From the IMG/VR virus record IMGVR_UViG_3300024251_000006: DNA of 64,000 nucleotides, one strand, 5' to 3'. Within the stretch, counting starts at the first letter, position 1, and every line of letters begins with the position of its first letter. Positions 18,290 through 28,068 of this stretch are shown in pieces. A program made the translations under genes and the position numbers. Source of the stretch: an uncultured virus (IMG/VR IMGVR_UViG_3300024251_000006) (Duplodnaviria; Heunggongvirae; Uroviricota; Caudoviricetes). Below the pieces are notes generated by a model that worked only from the letters and a program-made list of their open reading frames with translations, was not told the origin of the DNA and ran no database searches.

Positions 18290-20697
18290 TGAAGAAATTC
18301 TACCCAGCCTTGCCATTCATTGCGCTCATGCTTTCCGGTTGTCCGATGTCGCATGCTCAGGGAAACAGCGGCAAATCGACGCTGGTGCAGTCTTCTCCAC
18401 AGCCGCTACCCAACTGCAATCCTGCCACGACCGGCACGCAGGAGCCGATGATCTGGGACTTGACCGCGCAGTTGCTCAAGACTTGTGGACCTGCGGCCAA
18501 CACTTGGACCGCCGTAGGTTCGGGAGGTGGCGGTGGCGGAGGTACTGTTGTTAGTTTCAGCATTGCTGGTACTACTTCTCCTTATTTCTCTGCTGCGGTC
18601 ACTTCGCCGACGTCCACCCCGGTTCTGACCTTCACCATTACGCCGCAGAGTGCCAACACAGTGGCGGCCGGGCCAACAACCGGAGCGGCGGCGGTGCCGA
18701 CATTTCGCAGCTTGGTAGCAGCGGATATTCCGGTCATCAATCTTGCATCATCGGCAGCGGGTGGTGTTACCGGCAACCTAGCTGTTACTCATCTCAACTC
18801 TGGCACAAGCGCGGGTGCGACTACCTTCTGGCGCGGCGATGGGACGTGGGCGGTGCCGGGCGGTGTTGGCTCGGTCAGTTCTGTTGGGACCGCTTCGCCG
18901 CTTACGGGTGGGCCGATTACTACTACGGGAACGATCGCTTGCCCAACGTGCACTACGTCGGCTGCGGCGCTCACTGCTAATAGAATTCTACTCGGCAACG
19001 GCTTGCAAGCTATCAGCGTAGTGGCATCGCTTGGCACTACAACCACGGTGCTACACGGCAATGCCGGAGGGGCACCTACGTTTGGAGCGGTAGCGCTCTC
19101 GACCGACGTAACGGGCAACTTGCCGGTAACCAACTTGAATTCAGGAACCAGCGCCAGCGCGACTACGTTCTGGCGAGGAGACGGCACATGGGCAGCGCCA
19201 CCCGGCAGCGGCACGGTAACCAGCATCACGTTCAGCGGACCGCTTACCGGTGGTACTGTCACTACGACGGGCACCGTTGGCTGCACAACTTGCGTAACCA
19301 GCGCGGCATCCCTAACCGCAAATGCCATCATGGTAGGGTCGGGGTCTCAGGGAAGTCAAACACTGGGCTCATTGGGGACCACCACCACCGTTCTGCACGG
19401 TAACGCAGCAGGCGTACCCAGTTTCTCAGCCGTAAGTCTTTCTGCTGATGTGACAGGAAACCTGCCAGTGACCAACCTGAACTCTGGTACATCGGCATCT
19501 TCCAGTACGTTTTGGAGAGGGGATGGCACATGGGCGACACCGGCGGGAAGCGGGAATGTGACGGCGGCGGGGACGCTGACGATCAATCAGCTCGTTATTG
19601 GCGGGAATACGACCGCCGTGTCAACGCTTGGATCGCTCGGTACCTCGACAACCGTGTTGCATGGAAACGCTGGAGGAGCACCGACTTTTGGTGCAGTATC
19701 ACTGTCAGCAGACGTGACCGGAAATCTTCCAGTAACAAATCTGAATAGCGGTACCGCTGCGAGTAGTAGCACATTCTGGAGAGGAGATGGAACATGGGCG
19801 AGTCCACCGGCGACAGGTATTACGAGTCTGAATGGCTTGACAGGAACAACCCAAACGTTTGCTACTGGTACATCGGGAACGGACTTCGGGATATCCTCCA
19901 GCGGGACTACGCACACTTTCAATATCCCATCGGCTTCTGCCTCGAATCGCGGCCTAGTGACGACGGCAGCACAGACCTTCTTAGGTGCAAAGCTATTTAC
20001 ACTAGGAACGATTAGCGCAGCGGCCAGTCCTATCGCCTCAACCGCTACATGGAACAACGCCGGCGTAACCTTTGATGGTCTGCTGACTGACGTGACTGAC
20101 ACTGCCAGCGCGGCTGGCTCCTTCCTCATGCGCTTGCGCGTTGGCGGCACGTCGCAGTTCAGTGTGAACAAGTCCGGTGTTGTCACAGCGCTTGGTGCCC
20201 TGACCGCGGTGAGCCTGACATCTAACGGCGCTGGAAGTGGAAAACTAGCACTCACCGCTTCTGGCGGGGGAACGTTTGGGTGGCAGGCTCCTGCGGTGGT
20301 GACGAGCTACACATGGACGGTACCGGGAGCCGATGCGGCGGGTGACATCCGCTCAGACGGTGCTGGAACATTGACCATCAATCCCGGTGTGAAGACGGCT
20401 ACCAACTGCAACTCTTCGGCGTCCCCAGCGGTGTGCGCGGCGGCTTCGGCTGGCAGCGTGGCCATCGCTAATCCGGCAACAACGGTGGTGGTGAATACGA
20501 CGGCGGTGACCGCCAACTCTCAGGTCTTCGTCTTCGAGGATTCCTCGCTCGGCACGCGGCTGGGCGTCACCTGCAATACCAGCACTGGCCGCACATACAC
20601 CGTCTCAGCCCGCACGGCGGCAACGAGCTTCACAATCACCGCCAGCGCAACTCCCGGTGCCAACAACGCTTGCTTGAGCTATCTAGTGGTGAACTGA
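18286..20697 (+). CDS. Repeat-containing tail fibre with signal (possibly lipoprotein) peptide
   Basis: [47 protein letters not shown] and four [10 protein letters not shown] fibre repeats. Confidence 0.7.
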   Translation: MMKKFYPALPFIALMLSGCPMSHAQGNSGKSTLVQSSPQPLPNCNPATTGTQEPMIWDLTAQLLKTCGPAANTWTAVGSGGGGGGGTVVSFSIAGTTSPYFSAAVTSPTSTPVLTFTITPQSANTVAAGPTTGAAAVPTFRSLVAADIPVINLASSAAGGVTGNLAVTHLNSGTSAGATTFWRGDGTWAVPGGVGSVSSVGTASPLTGGPITTTGTIACPTCTTSAAALTANRILLGNGLQAISVVASLGTTTTVLHGNAGGAPTFGAVALSTDVTGNLPVTNLNSGTSASATTFWRGDGTWAAPPGSGTVTSITFSGPLTGGTVTTTGTVGCTTCVTSAASLTANAIMVGSGSQGSQTLGSLGTTTTVLHGNAAGVPSFSAVSLSADVTGNLPVTNLNSGTSASSSTFWRGDGTWATPAGSGNVTAAGTLTINQLVIGGNTTAVSTLGSLGTSTTVLHGNAGGAPTFGAVSLSADVTGNLPVTNLNSGTAASSSTFWRGDGTWASPPATGITSLNGLTGTTQTFATGTSGTDFGISSSGTTHTFNIPSASASNRGLVTTAAQTFLGAKLFTLGTISAAASPIASTATWNNAGVTFDGLLTDVTDTASAAGSFLMRLRVGGTSQFSVNKSGVVTALGALTAVSLTSNGAGSGKLALTASGGGTFGWQAPAVVTSYTWTVPGADAAGDIRSDGAGTLTINPGVKTATNCNSSASPAVCAAASAGSVAIANPATTVVVNTTAVTANSQVFVFEDSSLGTRLGVTCNTSTGRTYTVSARTAATSFTITASATPGANNACLSYLVVN
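18766..19800 (+). repeat. Four intragenic protein repeats ([29 protein letters not shown])
   Basis: [10 protein letters not shown] codons begin at 18823, 19165, 19507 and 19771 (spacing 342, 342, 264 nt). Confidence 0.9.
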
Positions 20698-23037
20698 TTG
20701 CCCGTAATCTCCAACCTGGTCTACACGGCAACGGATTCAACTATCGTTGCGACGTGGACCACGGATACCTCGTCTGATTCCAACCTGAGCGCAGGTGGCA
20801 AAGCGGCGATCGACAACGGTGTAGCAGCGAACTCCACTAGCCATCAAGCCGTGGTTACAGGTCTTTCGCCCAGCACAGTCTATTCTTGCGTGGTCACTTC
20901 AGGCGGTACTAGCAGCTCTCCACAGAATGTCACCACCAGCACTGCTCACACTAGTACCCCTATCACCAGCGTTAGTTTCGGCACCGTTACCACTACTGCG
21001 CCGGATGGCGACATCCCGTATAACTTTACTTCCAACGATAACAATACCTACATGATGCGGGACGATGCCCGGACTCCGCCTGGAGGTTCCGGCTCCAACC
21101 AGCAACTGGACATAATTACCAATGAGAGCACGCTGGCGATCACGCAAGTCAACGCACTCAGTGCTTATGGATTGTATTCGACCAACAACGGCACTGATGG
21201 GCCGGGTGGTATTGCGTTATCGAATAAGGGTAACGGCATGTTCGGCATGGCCGGATCGCTATTCATGTTCACGGGGCGCCATGAGATTAACGGCTCCACT
21301 CGCCGTCAGTTCTACGGCAACGTGATTCGCTCGGATGACAAGGGTGTAAGCTGGAGCAACTTCAATAACCCGACTACCTTCAACGCCAACGGGATTCCGG
21401 CTTATCCCAACAGCGGCAACAACTCGGTGGCGCCGTTCTTCTTCGGAGCAAACTCCAACTGGGGATGGGTCACTCCGGTCAGGTACGCTGCCGATGATGG
21501 CACGCTAGGCTACACCACGGCGGGCAACGGCTTCGATGGCGGCAATGCTTACTGCTACTTCACCATCATTGAGCAGGTCAACGACGCCGCCGACTACATC
21601 TACCTGGGCCGCATCCCGCGCATTCAACTGTTCGCGCTGAACTACGCTACCACGCAGCAGTTCTGGGTTGGCCCGACTTCACCAACACCCGCTAACTTTG
21701 TCAACGATGCCAACTGGTCCAGCACTCCCAGCGGGCTGACTAAGATTTATACCAACGTAGGTAAGGTTGGCTGGCAGGATATCTGCTTCATTCCCGGCAT
21801 CAACCGTTATCTGTTGTTCAGCGGCTATCGTCCCAATGTGGCGGTAACGTCGAATACGGTATGGTTGGTGCTCGAAGGCGAGACACCGGCTGGTCCGTGG
21901 ACTCAGGTGGGTTCACTTACCAACAACCCCAGCGGCTACTACGGGCATACGGTTCTGCATCGTTCAGCTTTCAGCAACGCATTGACGCAGTTCATTCCCA
22001 TAACGGTGGTGTATAGCGGTGACTTCAACAACCAGGTGCCTTTCTATCACCCGACATTCAGCACCTTAACGTTGATAACTGGAGGAGTTGTGGCAAACAC
22101 ATTTGTGCAGGCGAAAGGAGTAGCGGCGACGCAGTCAGGGACTACCGCCACGCTGGCATATACCTCTAGCGTCACCAGCGGGAATTTACTGTGCATGGCA
22201 TGGCGCTACAACGGGACTGGAGCAGTGCATCTTTCTAGTGTCACCAGCACGCAAACCACCGGCAACTGGACCATTGTTTACGACCAGAGCGATGGCGGCG
22301 CAACTCCCATCCAGGGTGGCTGGGCCTATGCCTTCGCAACCGGTACCGGTGCTTGCACGGTCACCATGAACTTCGATACCTCGGTGGTCGGGATTTACAT
22401 GGCCCAGGATGAATGGAACGGACCGGTAGCTCTGCGGGCATCCTCCACGGCGGCGGTGACCAACGAGACTGCGCTGACCAGCAACGCCGCCACGGCGGTA
22501 GCCGGAGACTTGCAACTTGGCTTTACCACCATGGGTGCGGCGGTCACCAACACCATCACCGCAGGGTCTGGTTACAATATTCGTGCCATCGGCCTTAGCG
22601 CTGGCGGCACGCACTTTGTGGGCACGGAAGATAAGTTAAGCTCGGCGGGCGGAAGCGTAACCGCCAGCTTCACATCCAGTGAGAACAATGCCACCATCAA
22701 GGCCACGGTTGGCTTGGGTATCTTCACCTCGGTATTCACGATCACCGGCAACGCAGGGGTAGCAGGGGCTACGGTAGCCTGGACCGGCACCAGTTCCGGC
22801 AGCGTCACCGCGGATGGCAGCGGTAACTTCAATACCGGCAACCTGGGGGTGGGCTCCTACACCATCACGCCCAGCCTGACCGGGTATACCTTCACTCCGA
22901 CCAGTTCCGTGCAAACTATCACCAACGCCAACATAACTGGTGTAAACTTCACGGCAACGGTGTCCACTGGGGGCGGGAGTTTCGATATTACTTTCCGTGG
23001 TAGATTGTACATCACTCGGGTAGTGAGCGGCTTATAA
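20698..23037 (+). CDS. Multidomain virion/adhesin protein (FN3-like, beta-propeller with Asp-box, Ig-like C-terminus)
   Basis: SHQAVVTGLSPSTVY; SDDKGVSW Asp-box; ADGSGNF..YTITPSLTGYTFTP; TTG start with GGTGA SD. Confidence 0.6.
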   Translation: MPVISNLVYTATDSTIVATWTTDTSSDSNLSAGGKAAIDNGVAANSTSHQAVVTGLSPSTVYSCVVTSGGTSSSPQNVTTSTAHTSTPITSVSFGTVTTTAPDGDIPYNFTSNDNNTYMMRDDARTPPGGSGSNQQLDIITNESTLAITQVNALSAYGLYSTNNGTDGPGGIALSNKGNGMFGMAGSLFMFTGRHEINGSTRRQFYGNVIRSDDKGVSWSNFNNPTTFNANGIPAYPNSGNNSVAPFFFGANSNWGWVTPVRYAADDGTLGYTTAGNGFDGGNAYCYFTIIEQVNDAADYIYLGRIPRIQLFALNYATTQQFWVGPTSPTPANFVNDANWSSTPSGLTKIYTNVGKVGWQDICFIPGINRYLLFSGYRPNVAVTSNTVWLVLEGETPAGPWTQVGSLTNNPSGYYGHTVLHRSAFSNALTQFIPITVVYSGDFNNQVPFYHPTFSTLTLITGGVVANTFVQAKGVAATQSGTTATLAYTSSVTSGNLLCMAWRYNGTGAVHLSSVTSTQTTGNWTIVYDQSDGGATPIQGGWAYAFATGTGACTVTMNFDTSVVGIYMAQDEWNGPVALRASSTAAVTNETALTSNAATAVAGDLQLGFTTMGAAVTNTITAGSGYNIRAIGLSAGGTHFVGTEDKLSSAGGSVTASFTSSENNATIKATVGLGIFTSVFTITGNAGVAGATVAWTGTSSGSVTADGSGNFNTGNLGVGSYTITPSLTGYTFTPTSSVQTITNANITGVNFTATVSTGGGSFDITFRGRLYITRVVSGL

Positions 23038-23046
23038 GGAGATGGT

Positions 23047-23487
23047 ATGGCAAATGGAGTGGCAAAGTGCCCTAATGGACCGTTTTGGCCGTTAGGCAAT
23101 ATCGTCAACGTTACGCCGGGAACTCCGGTGAATATGATGAGCTTGGTGGATCCCAGCAACCTTAACGCTCCGCAGACCGCAACTCCTGGAACTGCCGGCA
23201 CTGGCGAGTATACGGTGCGGGTCAACCAGATTGTCATACAGGGAATGAAAGCCAGCGGTAGCGGATTGGGTGACAACACTGGGAACATCTATGTGATCTT
23301 GAAGGCCACGGCTTCACCAGGGACCAATAACCGTTCCGATTTTGGCTCGATTATTCTAGTAGTGAAATCTGGGCTGACTGGCGTGATCGCGGCTCCGGCG
23401 CAGGAGACGTTGAAGTTCAGCCCATATCTTCTGTGGATTGATGCGGACAATGCAGGTGATGGGGCGCAGATCACGCTAATCATATGA
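23047..23487 (+). CDS. Virion beta-sandwich protein, paralogue B (of 13934..14368)
   Basis: See paralogue A; AAGGAG RBS. Confidence 0.65.
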   Translation: MANGVAKCPNGPFWPLGNIVNVTPGTPVNMMSLVDPSNLNAPQTATPGTAGTGEYTVRVNQIVIQGMKASGSGLGDNTGNIYVILKATASPGTNNRSDFGSIILVVKSGLTGVIAAPAQETLKFSPYLLWIDADNAGDGAQITLII

Positions 23488-23888
23488 GTAACGTAACCTA
23501 CCGCTGGATTGATGGGCCGACGTGCACCGAGGTTGACTGGGCCAAGGTGGATAAGATTCTTGAGTCGCAGGGATGGATGCCGCTGAATCGGGAGACCTCG
23601 CGAGTATATCTGGCGGAGCAAGGTGATCAGATTGTGGGATTGTTCACGCTACAGCTCATGCCGTTCGCGGGGCCGTTGTGGGTTAGTAAGCAACTGCGGG
23701 CGACGGGTGTTACCGATCGTCTCGTGGATGATGGGATAGGATGGCTTGTGGATACGCATGCCCGGGGATGGTTTGTGGTGGCGGACAGCCCGCATGTGCC
23801 GAAGTTCTGCGAGCGGCATAAGATGCGGAAGATTTTATCTCCGGTATATATCACGGATGAGCAAGGACAGAAGCAGGAGGTAGCGTAA
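23484..23888 (+). CDS. GNAT-fold acetyltransferase-like protein
   Basis: VYLAEQGDQIVG, LWVSKQLRATGV acetyl-CoA motif; usual position just before podovirus ejection genes. Confidence 0.65.
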   Translation: MSNVTYRWIDGPTCTEVDWAKVDKILESQGWMPLNRETSRVYLAEQGDQIVGLFTLQLMPFAGPLWVSKQLRATGVTDRLVDDGIGWLVDTHARGWFVVADSPHVPKFCERHKMRKILSPVYITDEQGQKQEVA

Positions 23889-24559
23889 TGGCCGGATTGA
23901 TTTCAGGTGTAGGACAAGCGTTTGGACATCTGGGCGGGTCATCGGCTAAGACCGATCGTTCCAACCAGCTTACCGCGTTCAGCGATCTGAAGAATGTATT
24001 CAACTGGGCGTTACCGTTTGGGCAGTCGCAGGCTAGGACAGGGCAGGCTACGACAGCGGCGGGTACGCAGAACTTAGGGCAGGCAGGAAGTTATTTTGGC
24101 AAGCTAGCTTCGGGTGACCGGCCGACAGCATTGCAGGCTGTGGCTCCGGCGTCCAATGCTGCATTAGCTCAGTCCGATGCGCAGAAGAATGAGCTGGCCA
24201 ATATGGGCACGGCGCGAGGTGGTGGAGCTGTAGGAGTCAACCAGCAGCGCGATACCAACCTGATGTCGCAGATAGATAACATGCTGTTTGGGGCGAGGAC
24301 GGCGGGAGCGCAAGGACTGGCTGGAGTGGGGCAAGCACAGGCTGGAGTGGGATTGGGTGAGACCGGGCAGGGAATTCAGGCAGGTGGGCTGGCGACCGGT
24401 GCGGCGAGTGATCTTGGTAAGCAAGCTCTCTACTCTCGAGAGCTATCCGATGCCATGCACCGTGAGGCGGTAGGAGATTATTCCAATGCGTTTGGTTCTC
24501 TGATGGGTGGAGATCTAGGCAAGGACTTAACAAAGCTGTTGGGTAAGATTGGTATCTAA
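23888..24559 (+). CDS. Putative DNA ejection (pilot) protein 1
   Basis: Gly/Ala/Gln-rich composition; position after the GNAT gene. Confidence 0.6.
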   Translation: MAGLISGVGQAFGHLGGSSAKTDRSNQLTAFSDLKNVFNWALPFGQSQARTGQATTAAGTQNLGQAGSYFGKLASGDRPTALQAVAPASNAALAQSDAQKNELANMGTARGGGAVGVNQQRDTNLMSQIDNMLFGARTAGAQGLAGVGQAQAGVGLGETGQGIQAGGLATGAASDLGKQALYSRELSDAMHREAVGDYSNAFGSLMGGDLGKDLTKLLGKIGI

Positions 24560-24562
24560 CCT

Positions 24563-26596
24563 ATGGCAAAAGACGATCCAACGTTGACGCAAGATCCGTT
24601 CTCTGAGGCGGAGCAGCCGCAGCTACCGGTGGCACAGACTCCATTTGAGCGTATGAATACTGGCAGTGGCATTCCCATGATTGATGCGGCTGTCCAGAGA
24701 GATTTCCAGCAACGACAAGCGCAAGCAAATCTCTATAAGAAGAATGCCGCTGATATTAACGGGCTATTGTTCCATCTAGCCGATCCCGAGGCTAGGAAGA
24801 GTTATCTCAATCCTCAAACTGGCCAGCCGTATACCGACGATGACATTCAGCAGTTGCAGATGCAGGTTCAGCACGCTACGGGGCAATATGAGAAGTTAGT
24901 TGGAGTCGACAAGGAATCCAAGAATGCGCTGCAGAAGGCGCGAGGCATCATTGATTTCATCCACGGCAAGCGCCGGGAAGCGATGCAGCCTCCGCCTACG
25001 CCAGATTATCCGACGACTGTTGGCGATGCAGGAGTAACCACTAGTGGAGTGAATACACCGAGACAAGGTCCGGTGGCTACGCCTTCTTCCTATGCTACCA
25101 ATGTCAGCGATACTGGCGGAGTGCAGTATAACCCTGCTGTAGCCAATCAGATTACGCCGCCGCCGTTGAGTCCTAGGCAAGAGGCGATACGGGCGTCGAT
25201 GCAGCTGCCGTTTGCAACTCACCAAGGCAAGGTTGAGCAGTTGGGTTTGGACGAGAACACCTTGCAGAGAATGGGTGCGCAGGGACGTCGTGCTCTTGTC
25301 CAGCAGATGGACATGGATGAGAAGAAGCCGTATATCCAGGACTTTATTCTGACTGGAAAGATTACCGGGAATATGGCGGCATCGTTGCGGCCACCTCCGC
25401 GGCCTGCTGGGTCTTATACCACCAGCGTTCTCGATGCGCGTAAGCGTGCGGCCAATGGTGAAGTCTTCCGTAACATTGCTGGAGAGATTTTAGATCCTGC
25501 GGACTTTGATCCCTCAATGGGATTCAAGGGAATGCAGACTCTGAATCCTGAGACTTCGCAGTGGGAGATTCGTTACGAGCCGTTTAGTCCGAATCAGGCT
25601 ACGGTCACCGCTGGCAACCAGATCGTAGCTGTCAACCCGGCTGATAAATCCAAGATACCTGAAGGGGCTGGGACGGTACTTGGGCCGCACAATGTCGAAA
25701 CTACAACTAAGACAAGGGATCCTGCTACGGGGCAGACCACTGTCAGCACTAAAACTCCACAGACACCTGGGATAGTTGGACGACCTGGTGGTACTCCATT
25801 GCCGCCAACTCCGGGTGGGGCCGCACCATCTGTTGGGCAAGTTTCTAAAGCTCAAAAGCAAGGTGGTGTTGGTGGCGTAGGTAAAGCTGCCCAGATTCCC
25901 ACGGCTTCGGTACCTGCTTTGGATGAGAGCGGACATATTCCAGCCACAGCTGCTATTGGCTTGACTCCGCAAGTTGTGGAGGGTGCTAACCAGCTATTGG
26001 ACGGCAAGGATGTGAAGGACATTCCAGCTAAGACCAAGGAGCTTTCAGCCTCTCTTGCCAGAAAGTATGGCTGGGAACAAGGGAAGTTCACTCCGCGAGA
26101 ACAGGGAGCGTTGCGTAACGCCACTCAGTTCATTGACGACATGTTGAGCGATCCGGCTACCTTTGCCGTGCTGGACAACACTTTGTCCCGGCTAAAACTG
26201 AATCAAGTCATGGCTGGAACAGAAAAGCAGGGAGCATTGGCAAGTACGATGACCACCCTTGCGGCGTCTAATATGACCGATCAGGAAGCTAAGTTTATTC
26301 GTCAGTACAACATCATCACGCAGACCTTGGCTGGTATTGCTCCGGCTATTCGTGGCAGTGGGAACAGGACAACCGAGGCGGCGATTCACCGCTTGTTATC
26401 GGATATGCCCAATCCCAAAACCACACAGAGCGCAAAGGATGGTATAGAGCGGCTGCAATTACTGAAGAAGGAAGTTGCGCGCGCTTTGGCTAAGGGACAA
26501 TTTACCGAGGCACAGGCTGCGGCTCCAAGTGGCGCAAGAATGACACCACCTCCTTCAGCGAGTGGCCGTCCTCCGCTTTCATCGTTTGAACACTAA
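24563..26596 (+). CDS. Putative DNA ejection / internal virion protein 2
   Basis: 677 aa, Cys-free, Q/P-rich; position. Confidence 0.55.
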   Translation: MAKDDPTLTQDPFSEAEQPQLPVAQTPFERMNTGSGIPMIDAAVQRDFQQRQAQANLYKKNAADINGLLFHLADPEARKSYLNPQTGQPYTDDDIQQLQMQVQHATGQYEKLVGVDKESKNALQKARGIIDFIHGKRREAMQPPPTPDYPTTVGDAGVTTSGVNTPRQGPVATPSSYATNVSDTGGVQYNPAVANQITPPPLSPRQEAIRASMQLPFATHQGKVEQLGLDENTLQRMGAQGRRALVQQMDMDEKKPYIQDFILTGKITGNMAASLRPPPRPAGSYTTSVLDARKRAANGEVFRNIAGEILDPADFDPSMGFKGMQTLNPETSQWEIRYEPFSPNQATVTAGNQIVAVNPADKSKIPEGAGTVLGPHNVETTTKTRDPATGQTTVSTKTPQTPGIVGRPGGTPLPPTPGGAAPSVGQVSKAQKQGGVGGVGKAAQIPTASVPALDESGHIPATAAIGLTPQVVEGANQLLDGKDVKDIPAKTKELSASLARKYGWEQGKFTPREQGALRNATQFIDDMLSDPATFAVLDNTLSRLKLNQVMAGTEKQGALASTMTTLAASNMTDQEAKFIRQYNIITQTLAGIAPAIRGSGNRTTEAAIHRLLSDMPNPKTTQSAKDGIERLQLLKKEVARALAKGQFTEAQAAAPSGARMTPPPSASGRPPLSSFEH

Positions 26597-28068
26597 TGCC
26601 TGACGACAAACAATTCGACGTTGAGGGAGCCCGTAAGGCTGGCTACTCCGATGATGACATCATCCAGCATCTGTCTCAGTCGCGTAAGTTTGATGTAGCC
26701 GGAGCGCGGCAGGCTGGGTATAGCTCGCAAGAGATCATTGATCATTTGTCGGGAGTTCCTGCAACTCCTGCGGCGGCTCCCACAACACCTGCAGCCACTC
26801 AACCTGACAGTTTCTTTGGCGGATTCGGACGTCGTGCGATTGATACCGTTAAAGGAATTGCGTCCACCTTAAATCCAATTCCTGCTGATACTGGCGAGAA
26901 AGCTGCCATGGTGATCGGCGGAGGTCCAGGCGGCCTTGCGGCCTACCGTATTGGCAAAGGGATTGTTCAAGGATACCAGCAGAAGGCAACGGACTTGGCT
27001 CAGAACCTTGCTGCCGGTAATTATGGCAAGGCTGCCATGGGTGCTGCGCAACTTGCTCCTGGAAGTCCTATTGGTCCGGCATCGCCAACGGGCTCTCTTG
27101 TGGATACGGCGATGGAAGGGCGTTACCGAGAGGCACTGGGTGGTGCGGCGTTTGATGCGCTGACCATGCTTCTGGGAGCAAAGATGGGTAAGAAACCATC
27201 GGCCAGAGCTCAGACTGCGAATTTAACCTCCGCCATTGGCAAGACAGGCGAGACTGGTGAGATATTGCAGAATATCCTTCCTGATCTGAATAAGACCGTT
27301 CAGCAAGTGGGCGCCAAGCCAGAAACGCTGGGTGATCTTCGCCATGTTGCGCAGACCTCCATTGATGGCAAGGAGAATATCTTCAACCAAGCGCTGGCTG
27401 GAGTGAATAATCAGTTGGTGGATACGTCGGCAGTGCGGCAGAGAATTCTCAGTTTGATTAAGGCGGATTCATCTCCCGAAGAGATGGCCGCTATTCACAA
27501 CGCCGCGAATGAGTATCTTCAACCTAAGACCATGCAATGGTTGAACGACCGGCGTGGGCGGCTGAATGCTTCGAGTTCTCCGATCTTCAATAAGACTTCC
27601 CGTGCTGCGGCGAGCCAGATGAAGTCGGACTTGGATATGGCGATTGACCGGACAGCACGGAATGCGGTAGCAGACTTGGAATACGATGTGATGAACCGCG
27701 CTTACCCGGGACAAGACTTTGGGCAGATGAAGTCGCAGGTAAGCTCGCTGTGGAAGTTAAAGGATATTCTGGACGATAGGATTGGCAAGCTCACTGACGC
27801 ACAGCTAGAGCATGAGTCGGAAGGATTGTTTGAGCGTATCCGGCCGTCAGCGTATGCATCCAAGAGCGGCATCCATGGTTACTTGGGTGGGATAGCGGAT
27901 GCCTTCTCACTAGGGCCGGAGCTTGAAAAGAATATCAAGGTGCGTAAGGCTTTCACCAAGCCAGAAGCAGCGAGAGCTATTGTGCTGGCATCTCCGCTCT
28001 CAAGGCTGGCTACCACTAAGGACCAAGAACAGCGTCCCGGCGGGTTGACTCCTCCTCCAGCACCATGA
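26596..28068 (+). CDS. Putative DNA ejection / internal virion protein 3
   Basis: Duplicated N-terminal FDVxGARxAGYSxxxIIxHLS repeat, Gly/Ala-rich segment, Cys-free. Confidence 0.6.
   Translation: MPDDKQFDVEGARKAGYSDDDIIQHLSQSRKFDVAGARQAGYSSQEIIDHLSGVPATPAAAPTTPAATQPDSFFGGFGRRAIDTVKGIASTLNPIPADTGEKAAMVIGGGPGGLAAYRIGKGIVQGYQQKATDLAQNLAAGNYGKAAMGAAQLAPGSPIGPASPTGSLVDTAMEGRYREALGGAAFDALTMLLGAKMGKKPSARAQTANLTSAIGKTGETGEILQNILPDLNKTVQQVGAKPETLGDLRHVAQTSIDGKENIFNQALAGVNNQLVDTSAVRQRILSLIKADSSPEEMAAIHNAANEYLQPKTMQWLNDRRGRLNASSSPIFNKTSRAAASQMKSDLDMAIDRTARNAVADLEYDVMNRAYPGQDFGQMKSQVSSLWKLKDILDDRIGKLTDAQLEHESEGLFERIRPSAYASKSGIHGYLGGIADAFSLGPELEKNIKVRKAFTKPEAARAIVLASPLSRLATTKDQEQRPGGLTPPPAP

Noticed and set aside
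18766..19800. Diversity-generating retroelement TR/VR pair
   Set aside because: No reverse transcriptase is present, and the differences are synonymous rather than adenine-specific
20695..20700. Stop-codon readthrough fusing 18286-20697 with the in-frame 20698-23037
   Set aside because: A GGTGA SD sits 5 nt before the TTG, so independent initiation is sufficient
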